Shown: positions 14,084-21,577, counted from the first letter of the stretch. The stretch is 31,926 nucleotides of DNA from Patescibacteria group bacterium (GCA_020148085.1 JAHCRD010000001.1:1-31926); one strand, 5' to 3'. Made by a program: numbers and translations. Notes: generated by a model not told the origin, from the letters alone.

Positions 14084-15733
14084 TTATTTTTTAACAAACA
14101 CACAAGGTCTTCGGGCGATGATTACTGAGACTGTTTTTTTGTTTAAAAATTCTTTGACTGTTTTGACAAATTCTTTTTGTTTTATCTGGTCAATAATTTT
14201 TAAATTTTTGACTCCGCAAGCTTGGACTATTTCTTCAATTTTTATTTTTGGAACTGGTTCCCCCATTGCGGTCTGAGCAATACCAGGGTGAGGTTGGTGG
14301 CCAGTCATAGCAGTAGTTTGGTTATCCATAATGATAATTAATGGATTTGATTTATTATGGACAGCATTTATTAAAGCTGGAATGCCAGCGTGATAAAAAG
14401 AGGAGTCGCCAACGAAAGCAATTACTTTCTGAGGAGAAACTTTTTTGATTCCATGGCCAACTCCAACTGAAGAACCCATACAAAAAAGATAATCTTGAAT
14501 ATAGTGAGGAGGGAGACCTGCTAACATATAGCAACCAATTTCACCTCCAAAAATAACCTTTTTTGGGTCAGCTGCCTTTTTAATTCCCTGGAAGACCAAC
14601 CAATAGGGACAGCCGGGACAAAGCTGAGGAGTCCTTTTTGAAAAAGTAGGGAGTTTTGGCTGAGGAACTCTCAATCGCTTGCCAGCTACTTTTGCTACAG
14701 CAGTAATTACATATTCTGGTCGTAGTTCATTGACTTCTGGTAATAAATTTTTTCCAAAAATTCCAAGTTTTGGATTAACTTCCTTAGCAAATCTGACGAT
14801 TTCTCTCTCTAAATAGGGTTCAAGTTCTTCAACCACTAAAACTTTTTTGAGATTTTTGATAAATCTTTTTATCTTTTCTTTTGGCAAAGGATAAAAAAAT
14901 CCCAGCTTCAAAACTGGAAAATCCAAATTAAGTTCCTTCAATGCTTCCATCGCATATAAATGAGCAACTCCCGAAGTAACCACTCCCACCTTAGAATTGG
15001 CAGAGAACTGTTCTCTGTAAATCTTGTTTATCGGGGATTTCTCAGAAATTTCTTCTTTTATCTTTCTAACTTTTTCAAGAAGTTCTTTTTTCATCTCAAG
15101 AACTCTTGGTGGCATTGTCACAAATTGACGGGGGTCTTTGATAAAATTTCCTTTTCTCTGGCCTCTAACAATTTTTCCTAATTTAACAGGTCCGGTCTGT
15201 AAGGCAACTCTGGTTGTTTCTCGAATCATTATAGGAATTTTAAATTTTTCCGAAATTTCAAAAGCAAGTTTGGTGAAATCTTTGCATTCTTGGGGAGTTG
15301 AAGGTTCTAAAGTAGGAATATGGGCTAAGTAGCTGTAGGCTCTTGAATCTTGTTCTGATTGAGCCGAGCTTGAGCAACCGGGGTCATCAGCAACCATAAT
15401 CACCATTCCTCCTTTAATGCCCGAGTAAACTAAAGTTATTAGAAAATCAGAGGCAACATTTAACCCGAAATGCTTCATTGCTACCAATGACCTTAAACCA
15501 GAAAAAGAAGCGCCGGCCGCTACTTCCAGAGCAACTTTTTCATTTGTCGAAAATTCAAAATAAACTCCAGCTTCTCTAGCAATTTTAAAAAAAGTATTAC
15601 CAATTTCAGAAGCTGGAGTGCCAGGATAAGTTGAAACAAACTGAACTCCATTTTCTAAAGCTCCTCTGACAATAGCTTCGTTGCCAAGCAAAATCACTTT
15701 TCCCCCAACTTTTTTTGATAAAACTTTCTCCAT
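14084..15733 (-). CDS. iorA: Indolepyruvate:ferredoxin oxidoreductase alpha subunit, lacking the C-terminal ferredoxin domain
   Basis: 'LLGNEAIVRGA', 'YPGTPASEI', 'NEKVALEVAAGA', 'MKHFGLNVASD', 'LCPGCP', 'GEIGCY', TPP motif 'GDSSF...DN.TTAMTG'; ends 'ARRPC'. Confidence 0.92.
   Translation of the reverse strand: MEKVLSKKVGGKVILLGNEAIVRGALENGVQFVSTYPGTPASEIGNTFFKIAREAGVYFEFSTNEKVALEVAAGASFSGLRSLVAMKHFGLNVASDFLITLVYSGIKGGMVIMVADDPGCSSSAQSEQDSRAYSYLAHIPTLEPSTPQECKDFTKLAFEISEKFKIPIMIRETTRVALQTGPVKLGKIVRGQRKGNFIKDPRQFVTMPPRVLEMKKELLEKVRKIKEEISEKSPINKIYREQFSANSKVGVVTSGVAHLYAMEALKELNLDFPVLKLGFFYPLPKEKIKRFIKNLKKVLVVEELEPYLEREIVRFAKEVNPKLGIFGKNLLPEVNELRPEYVITAVAKVAGKRLRVPQPKLPTFSKRTPQLCPGCPYWLVFQGIKKAADPKKVIFGGEIGCYMLAGLPPHYIQDYLFCMGSSVGVGHGIKKVSPQKVIAFVGDSSFYHAGIPALINAVHNKSNPLIIIMDNQTTAMTGHQPHPGIAQTAMGEPVPKIKIEEIVQACGVKNLKIIDQIKQKEFVKTVKEFLNKKTVSVIIARRPCVFVKK
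14106..14128. repeat. 23-bp direct repeat, copy 2 (3' end of iorA)
   Basis: Identical to 12996-13018. Confidence 0.95.
15001..15017. repeat. Palindrome CAGAGAAC-T-GTTCTCTG inside iorA
   Basis: Perfect 8-bp arms. The 19-mer GAGAACTGTTCTCTGTAAA is also present on the - strand inside tatD (20524-20546). Confidence 0.7.
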
Positions 15734-15752
15734 AAAAACTAATTGATTTTCT

Positions 15753-15761
15753 ATTGTATCA
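15753..15761 (-). promoter_or_regulatory. Extended -10 promoter for the iorA...PAP2 operon
   Basis: TG-A-TACAAT on the - strand, 19 nt before the iorA ATG, in the capA-iorA gap. Confidence 0.5.
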
Positions 15762-15781
15762 TAAAATTTTTAGAGAAGAAA

Positions 15782-16795
15782 TCAGGGATAAATGATTTCG
15801 GGCTGGAAGGAATTGTTGAGCTTGATATTTATTGGAGTTATCTCTTTTATTTTTTTATCTTTGATTAAGATTTTTAACAACAATCCTCGCATTGTTTCTT
15901 CAGAAAATCCCTGGTCAAAAACAAAGTTTCCCAAGCTATAAGCAATCCAGCCATTATTGTATCTCTCTATTTTTTGAATTACATGGGAATGATGACCAAC
16001 CACCAAATCTGCTCCGGCTTCAATACAAGCTTTATTAAAAGAAATTTGAAAATGGGTAGGACTTTTGGAATATTCTTCACCTGAATGCAAAGAAACAATT
16101 AAAACATCTACTTCTTTCTTGGCTTTTTTAATATCTTCTCTTATTTTTTCTATGTCGTCCCAATTTAGCCAAGCAATGCCAGAATAATCATCCCCTGCTC
16201 GCCAAACTTCAGGACCTAAATTAGTATAGGCTAAAAAGCCAATTTTGGTATTTCTTATTTCTCTTACTTTAACTGAAAATGCTTCTCTTTTATTGAACCC
16301 TGCTCCAACGTAATCAATCTCATTATCTTGCAATCTCATCATTGCATCTTCAAGCGCCACTCTTTGATAGTCAAGCATATGATTGTTAGCTAAAGACAAA
16401 ATGTCAAACCCAGCATAAGTTAACCCTTCCAAAACCTTTGGGTCGGCTCGGAAAGAATAAATGCTCCCTACTCTCTCTCCCTTATCAGAAATCGGACCTT
16501 CCAAATTTCCAAAAAGAATATCAGCCTTTCTCAAATCTTCAGCAATTTTTAGAAAGGGCCATCGCCAATCATTATTTCTTTCTGTGTACCACTCCACTCC
16601 CCTATTAAGCATAATATCCCCAACTGCAAAAATAGTAATTTCTGAATCTTTGCTTTCATTTATCTGAGTTAAAGAGGCGGTTTGATGTTTCAAACTCTCA
16701 ATCTTAATTTCCCAGCTCAAAAAAAATGAGCTATAAATCAGAAGCCCAGCTAAAATTAGCAAGATAATAAAAACGAAAATAGAAAATCTTGACAT
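15782..16795 (-). CDS. CapA-family (PGA_cap) metallophosphatase-fold protein with N-terminal anchor
   Basis: 'AVGDIML', 'GNLEGPI', 'SLANNHMLDY', 'LHSGEEY', 'GHHSHV', 'YSLGNFVFDQ'. Confidence 0.9.
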   Translation of the reverse strand: MSRFSIFVFIILLILAGLLIYSSFFLSWEIKIESLKHQTASLTQINESKDSEITIFAVGDIMLNRGVEWYTERNNDWRWPFLKIAEDLRKADILFGNLEGPISDKGERVGSIYSFRADPKVLEGLTYAGFDILSLANNHMLDYQRVALEDAMMRLQDNEIDYVGAGFNKREAFSVKVREIRNTKIGFLAYTNLGPEVWRAGDDYSGIAWLNWDDIEKIREDIKKAKKEVDVLIVSLHSGEEYSKSPTHFQISFNKACIEAGADLVVGHHSHVIQKIERYNNGWIAYSLGNFVFDQGFSEETMRGLLLKILIKDKKIKEITPINIKLNNSFQPEIIYP

Positions 16796-16800
16796 TAAAA

Positions 16801-19329
16801 TTAAATTACAAAATTAATTAGTTTGTCTTTAACAAAAATGGTTTTTTTGATTTTTTTATTGAGGAGCCATTTTTTGATTTTTAGACTTTGCAGAGCAATT
16901 TTCTTGGCTTGGCTCTCTGAAATACCCGATTCAACTTCTATTTTGTCGCGAACCCTGCCATTAATTTGAACTATTAAAGTTATCTCTTCTTCTTTGATTA
17001 ATTTTTCATCATATTTTGGCCACTTTTGGAGAAAAATGCTTCTCTGATTTCCCAATCTTTGCCAAAGTTCCTCTGTCATATGAGGAGCAAAGGGTGAAAG
17101 AATCTTCAAAAAATCTTTAAAATCTTTTTTACTTAAACCTTCCGGAGTTTCTTGCCAGGCATTAGAAAACTCCATTAACGCACTGACCGCGGTGTTAAAC
17201 TTCATATTTTCAATATCCTCTGATACTTTCTTAATAGTTCTGTGTAAAACCTTCTTAAGTTTTGGGTTTTGGGTTTTGGGTTTTGGGTTTGATTTGACAT
17301 TTGGATTTTGGATTTTGGATTTTTCAAAAAGTCCCCAGACTTTTTGAAGGAATCTTCTCACTCCCCTCACTCCCTTGGTATCCCAGGCAATCGCCTGAGT
17401 AAAAGGACCCATAAACATTTCGTAAGTTCTTAAAGTATCAGCACCGTACTGCTTTATAACTCTTTCAGGAGTAATGACATTGCCTCGGGACTTAGACATT
17501 TTGACCCACCCCTCACCAAGAACTATACCGTGGGCAGTTCTTTTTTTATAAGGCTCAGGTCCACAGGATTTTGGCACCGCTTTAATATCCCAGAGAAATT
17601 TATAGATAAATCGAGAATACAAAAGATGTAAAGTAACATGCTCCATCCCACCGTTGTACCAATCAACTGGCATCCAATAACCAAGCAACTTTGAGCTGGC
17701 TAATTTTTTATCATTCTTTGGGTCACAATAGCGGAGAAAATACCAATTGCTCCCTGCCCAGTTTGGCATAACATCGGTTTCCCTTTTGGCTTCTCCCTGG
17801 CATTTGGGACACTTGGTCTTCAGCCAGCTTTCAATTTTAGCTAAAGGTGATTCTCCAGTTTGGGTTGGCTTGTATTCCTTAACATTTGGTAATTTAACTG
17901 GCAAATCTCTTTCTGAAACAGGCACCCAGCCACATTTTTCACATTTAATCATCGGAATTGGCTCTCCCCAATAACGCTGCCTTGAAAAAATCCAATCTCT
18001 TAATTTATAATGGACCGCTTTTTTAGCTAAACCCTTTCTTCCCAGCCATTCTAAAATTCTTTCTCTGGCAATTTCTGACTCCAATCCATTAAATCTTCCA
18101 GAATCAATTAAAGTCCCTTCGCCCTCATAAGCTTTAGCAAATCTGCCATCAGAAACAACTAAGGGAGCTTTCTTAGGTAAGACCTTTTTCTCTTGATGAG
18201 ATTTGATAACTTCAATAACTGGTAAATTGTAAGCCCGGGCAAAATCTAAATCTCTCCCGTCATGGCAAGGAACTGCCATTATGGCTCCGGTGCCATAATG
18301 GATTAAAACATAATCAGCAACAAAGATTGGAATTTCCTTCTTGGTTGCAGGGTTGACTGCCTTCACTCCCTCCAATCTCACTCCAGTTTTTTCTTTGACT
18401 TCAGAAATTCTTTCCCTTTCCAGTTTCCTTTTTGCTTTTTCAATATAGGTCTCAAGCGCCTTAAGATTTTTAATTTGAGGTTTAATAATGTCTAAAATCG
18501 GATGTTCAGGCGCAATTACTAAGTATGTAGCGCCAAATATAGTATCAATTCTGGTCGTAAACACATTAATAAAAGTTTCGCGTGGTTTCGCGTTTTTAGT
18601 TTCGCGTCTGTTTCGCACAGAAGTTGCAAGTGGAAATTTAATTTCCACGCCGCAACTTCTCCCTATCCAATCTCTCTGCAAGATTTTAACTTTCTCTGGG
18701 TAATCTACTTTTTCTAAATCCTCAAGTAATCTTTCAGCATATTTGGTGATTTTTAGCATCCACTGCTCTTTTTCTTTTCTCTCAACTTTTTTACCACACC
18801 TCTCACAATGTCCTTCAAGTACTTCTTCATTGGCTAAGCCGATTTTACAAGAAGGACACCAGTTAATTGGCATCTTAGTTTTGTAAGCAAGTCCTTTTTT
18901 AAAAAGTTGCAAAAATATCCATTGGGTCCATTTATAATAGTCAGGGTCAGTGGTCGCAATTTCCCGACTCCAATCAAAAGAGAGTCCTATGCTCTTTTGT
19001 TGGTGCTTGAAAAAAGCAGTGTTTTTGCGGGTGACAATTCTTGGGTGAATCCCGGTTCTGATAGCATAATTTTCAGTAGGTAATCCAAAAGCATCCCAGC
19101 CCATGGGAAATAAAACATTAAAGCCCTCCATTCTTCTTTTGCGACTAACTACATCCAAAGCAATATAGGGTCGACAATGGCCAACATGCAACCCTTCTCC
19201 AGATGGATAGGGAAACTCAGCTAAAATATATTTCTTTGGCTTTTTTGACCTATCTTTGGCCTGATGGAGTCCTTCTTTTTCCCAAAATCTCTGCCACCTC
19301 CTTTCAATTCTTTGAGGTTGGTATTTCAT
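16801..19329 (-). CDS. leuS: Leucine--tRNA ligase
   Basis: 'FPYPSGEGLHVGH', 'GWDAFGLP', editing 'TTRIDT'/'GTGAIMAVP.HD', 'LRDWIFSRQRYWGEP', 'KMSKS'. Confidence 0.98.
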   Translation of the reverse strand: MKYQPQRIERRWQRFWEKEGLHQAKDRSKKPKKYILAEFPYPSGEGLHVGHCRPYIALDVVSRKRRMEGFNVLFPMGWDAFGLPTENYAIRTGIHPRIVTRKNTAFFKHQQKSIGLSFDWSREIATTDPDYYKWTQWIFLQLFKKGLAYKTKMPINWCPSCKIGLANEEVLEGHCERCGKKVERKEKEQWMLKITKYAERLLEDLEKVDYPEKVKILQRDWIGRSCGVEIKFPLATSVRNRRETKNAKPRETFINVFTTRIDTIFGATYLVIAPEHPILDIIKPQIKNLKALETYIEKAKRKLERERISEVKEKTGVRLEGVKAVNPATKKEIPIFVADYVLIHYGTGAIMAVPCHDGRDLDFARAYNLPVIEVIKSHQEKKVLPKKAPLVVSDGRFAKAYEGEGTLIDSGRFNGLESEIARERILEWLGRKGLAKKAVHYKLRDWIFSRQRYWGEPIPMIKCEKCGWVPVSERDLPVKLPNVKEYKPTQTGESPLAKIESWLKTKCPKCQGEAKRETDVMPNWAGSNWYFLRYCDPKNDKKLASSKLLGYWMPVDWYNGGMEHVTLHLLYSRFIYKFLWDIKAVPKSCGPEPYKKRTAHGIVLGEGWVKMSKSRGNVITPERVIKQYGADTLRTYEMFMGPFTQAIAWDTKGVRGVRRFLQKVWGLFEKSKIQNPNVKSNPKPKTQNPKLKKVLHRTIKKVSEDIENMKFNTAVSALMEFSNAWQETPEGLSKKDFKDFLKILSPFAPHMTEELWQRLGNQRSIFLQKWPKYDEKLIKEEEITLIVQINGRVRDKIEVESGISESQAKKIALQSLKIKKWLLNKKIKKTIFVKDKLINFVI
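17259..17324. repeat. In-frame heptamer repeat insertion in leuS (KSKIQNPNVKSNPKPKTQNPK)
   Basis: (TTTTGGG)x4, then TTTGATTTGACA, then (TTTGGAT)x3 on the + strand. Confidence 0.9.
18575..18618. repeat. In-frame TTTCGCGT x4 insertion in leuS (VRNRRETKNAKPRET)
   Basis: TTTCGCG(T)/TTTCGCAC units at 18576, 18586, 18600, 18611. Confidence 0.85.
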
Positions 19330-19341
19330 AGGCGATTTTTT

Positions 19342-19369
19342 ATTTTATCATTTTTTAACTTTTTGACAA
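19342..19369 (-). promoter_or_regulatory. leuS promoter
   Basis: On the - strand: TTGTCA, 16-nt spacer, TG-A-TAAAAT; 12 nt before the ATG; no SD. Confidence 0.6.
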
Positions 19370-19376
19370 AATAAAA

Positions 19377-19433
19377 ACCCACTTTAGCGGGTAAAAAGTT
19401 CGAGCCAGAGGCTAAACATTTAGTCTCTGGCTC
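19377..19433 (-). terminator. Tandem hairpins terminating the accessory module upstream of leuS
   Basis: 19402-19433 GAGCCAGAGGCTAAA-CA-TTTAGTCTCTGGCTC (15-bp arms, one G:U pair). 19377-19392 on the - strand reads ACCCGC-TAAA-GTGGGT followed by a U tract. Confidence 0.7.
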
Positions 19434-19444
19434 TCTAATCTTGC

Positions 19445-19585
19445 TTATATCTTCCTGGATCGCAACTCTTTCCATTTTTCTTTGCAAAATTCCTTAATTT
19501 CCTTCCAGGTGGGCTTGGCTATGCTACAAGCAACTGCAACCATCGCCCCTATTACTACTACAGCCCAAATTGTTCCTAACATCAT
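19445..19585 (-). CDS. 46-aa single-TM small protein, absent from the ORF track
   Basis: MMLGTIWAVVVIGAMVAVACSIAKPTWKEIKEFCKEKWKELRSRKI*; purine-rich AAAGGTG upstream; ends just before the terminator. Confidence 0.6.
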   Translation of the reverse strand: MMLGTIWAVVVIGAMVAVACSIAKPTWKEIKEFCKEKWKELRSRKI

Positions 19586-19635
19586 CTCAGACACCTTTCT
19601 CTCCTTTCTCTAAAGCAAAATTTAGCAATTGTCAT
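19582..19635 (-). CDS. Possible 17-aa peptide MTIAKFCFRERRERCLR
   Basis: ATGA overlap with the upstream gene (19632-19635) and with the downstream gene (19582-19585); GGAGGAGAGGT upstream. Confidence 0.3.
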   Translation of the reverse strand: MTIAKFCFRERRERCLR

Positions 19636-20093
19636 CTCTTTACCTCTCCTCCTTTTAGGAAAATTAGTCCTCCGACCGCAATTACTGCAAGAACTATCAC
19701 TGCACACAACAACCTTAGCTCCGGCTCAAAAGGTCCAGAGGAGAAGAAATTGCTGAATACATTTCCAATTGAAACAATAGCATCTCCAGCTGATATGTTC
19801 ATTATTAAACCATGGCACCCCGACACCTTGTCAATTGCATCAGAAATCGAGAAATCTCTAAATGTATTACCAAAGACTTCTCGACCCGAGTTAAAAGCAA
19901 TTGAAAGGGCATGAACACCATCTTCCCAAAAAATACTCACTCCCACTAGAGTCATGAACAACAAGAAGGCAATGAATAAAATTTTAATGAAAATAGATAT
20001 TCTATTTCTGATCACTAGGAATATCGAGACCCCACCTAGGAGTAAAACGCAAATTAATCTAATTGCCCTTAATAACATAACAATAATTTCCAT
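19632..20093 (-). CDS. Membrane hypothetical protein (about 3 TM)
   Basis: 153-aa ORF, AGGAG SD, own consensus promoter. Confidence 0.65.
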   Translation of the reverse strand: MEIIVMLLRAIRLICVLLLGGVSIFLVIRNRISIFIKILFIAFLLFMTLVGVSIFWEDGVHALSIAFNSGREVFGNTFRDFSISDAIDKVSGCHGLIMNISAGDAIVSIGNVFSNFFSSGPFEPELRLLCAVIVLAVIAVGGLIFLKGGEVKR

Positions 20094-20144
20094 CTTTCTC
20101 TCCTGTATTCTTGATTTGTTAATTTTTTTGAGAACTACGCAATT

Positions 20145-20173
20145 ATTATACTAAATTTTATTTCAAATGTCAA
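20145..20173 (-). promoter_or_regulatory. Perfect consensus sigma70 promoter
   Basis: On the - strand: TTGACA (20173-20168), 17 nt, TATAAT (20150-20145). The -35 lies in the last codons of tatD. Confidence 0.8.
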
Positions 20174-21050
20174 TGTTTTCTAACTTAAATAATTTTTTGG
20201 CGTTTTGGGTAGTTCTCTCTGCTACTTCCTCAAAAGAGAGGTTTTTAATCTCGGCAATTCTTTGAGCAATGTATTTTACATATAATGGTTCATTTCTCTC
20301 TTGGCTCGCTGAAGCTTTAGCGGAGGCGGCCGGCGGCACTAAAAAAGGGCAGTCGGTTTCAATTAAAATTCTATCTAAAGGAATTTTTTTAATAACTTCA
20401 TTAAAAGAAATTCCTTCAATTGATTTGAAAATTATTCCATTAAAGCCCAGATAAAATCCCATATCCAAGAATTTCTGGGCTTGCTCCCAAATTCCAGTAA
20501 AACAATGAACTACCCCGTTTAGTTTACAGAGAACAGTTCTCCGTAAGATTTCTCTTAGTTCATCAAGAGCTAAGCGACAATGGAAAATTACTGGTAAATT
20601 TAATTCTCGTGCCAATTCTAATTGTTTCAAAAAAAATTCTTTTTGCCATTGTTTAAATAGTTCTAATCTCTTCTCAGTTTTTGGTTTTCGCCAATAATCA
20701 AACCCAATCTCACCAATTGCCACCACTTTTTCAGATTCCGCTAATTCTTTATACTTTTCATAATCAAAATTCTCTTCTAAGATATCTTCAGAGTTTTGAG
20801 TTTTAAACTGTGGCTTTGCGCTTTGACTTTTGAGTTTTGAGTTTTGTTTAATATTAATCGGGTGTAAACCGATTGCAGCATAAACCCCCTTCTCATATTT
20901 TTCAGCAATCTCAATCACTTCTTTAGAACTTCCATAATTCGTCCCAATATTTATCATAAATGTATTGTTATCCAGAGCTCTTTTTATGATCTCATCTCTA
21001 TCCTTATCATAATCAGCGAAATTCAAATGTGCATGAGTATCTATAAGCAT
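20163..21050 (-). CDS. tatD: TatD-family nuclease/hydrolase
   Basis: 'LIDTHAHLN', 'IGLHP', 'AIGEIGFD', 'IFHCR', 'HCFTG', 'IETDCPFL', 'RNEP'. Confidence 0.95.
   Translation of the reverse strand: MLIDTHAHLNFADYDKDRDEIIKRALDNNTFMINIGTNYGSSKEVIEIAEKYEKGVYAAIGLHPINIKQNSKLKSQSAKPQFKTQNSEDILEENFDYEKYKELAESEKVVAIGEIGFDYWRKPKTEKRLELFKQWQKEFFLKQLELARELNLPVIFHCRLALDELREILRRTVLCKLNGVVHCFTGIWEQAQKFLDMGFYLGFNGIIFKSIEGISFNEVIKKIPLDRILIETDCPFLVPPAASAKASASQERNEPLYVKYIAQRIAEIKNLSFEEVAERTTQNAKKLFKLENIDI
20303..20338. repeat. GC-rich palindromic insertion in tatD (PPAASAKASASQ)
   Basis: CGCTGAAG/CTTTAGCG inverted repeat centred on AAGCTT (20307-20322). Confidence 0.7.
20524..20546. repeat. Palindromic insertion in tatD (LRRTVLCK)
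   Basis: TTACAGAGAAC-A-GTTCTCCGTAA, 10/11 arm match; same family as the iorA palindrome. Confidence 0.75.
20791..20846. repeat. In-frame heptamer repeat insertion in tatD (KQNSKLKSQSAKPQFKTQNS)
   Basis: GAGTTTT units flank a degenerate core (AAACTGTGGCTTTGCGCTTTGACTTTT). Confidence 0.85.
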
Positions 21051-21139
21051 ATCTATAAATTTTATCAGAATTAAAATAAATTAAAAAGGGGTGTTCCAAA
21101 AACCCCAACAGTTCCACTACCTCATCTTTAATTTTCAAT

Positions 21140-21577
21140 TTAGTCCTGCTTCAAATTGATTTTTTTAATTCTTTTAGGGACTCTAAATAAAATTATAACA
21201 AAGAAACAAATTATACCAAGCACTAATGCTATTATCCCTCCTGGTGTATAGGGTGATATCAAAAGACAAAAGAATCCAAATAAACTTAGTAATGCCAACC
21301 AAAATCCTTTTAGAATTTTTTTATACCCGAACGAAAAGAAAGCAAGAGCAAAAACTAAACTAAAAAATAGAGTTAGAGGAAGAGAAAGATCAAGAACTAA
21401 ATCTAAGAATACTGTATCTGGTTTCGCAACTAGGACCAGAATCAATAAGAAAGTCAAAGCTAAACCTACAGAAAAACCTATTTTCCACCATTTATTTTTA
21501 CAAATCCCCTTCTTAATAATTTCGTATATCGCCAGGATAAGAAGAAGGGGGAGAACAGGAATAAAAATAGATAGCAT
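21140..21577 (-). CDS. Integral membrane hypothetical protein (about 5 TM)
   Basis: 145-aa hydrophobic ORF filling the metG-tatD gap on the operon strand. Confidence 0.65.
   Translation of the reverse strand: MLSIFIPVLPLLLILAIYEIIKKGICKNKWWKIGFSVGLALTFLLILVLVAKPDTVFLDLVLDLSLPLTLFFSLVFALAFFSFGYKKILKGFWLALLSLFGFFCLLISPYTPGGIIALVLGIICFFVIILFRVPKRIKKINLKQD

Noticed and set aside
12726-14276. ORFs 12726..13100 (+) and 14019..14276 (+) sharing 'GLRAMITET'
   Set aside because: These are antisense translations of the 23-bp direct repeat. They confirm the repeat but are not genes.
15782-16795. Poly-gamma-glutamate capsule locus
   Set aside because: Only a CapA-family gene is present. capB/capC are absent from the window, and lone CapA homologues are common.
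17259-17290. (TTTTGGG)n as a telomere-like repeat or eukaryotic contamination
   Set aside because: Only four units, in frame inside a bacterial leuS with intact flanks.
19570-19914. 114-aa ORF on +, and ORFs 1838..2074 and 19954..20154
   Set aside because: They are antisense to - strand genes that have their own promoter/SD/terminator signals, and show no recognisable motifs.
21084-21104. GGGGT...ACCCC hairpin as a terminator upstream of tatD
   Set aside because: Only a 5-bp stem with a long loop; too weak to call.
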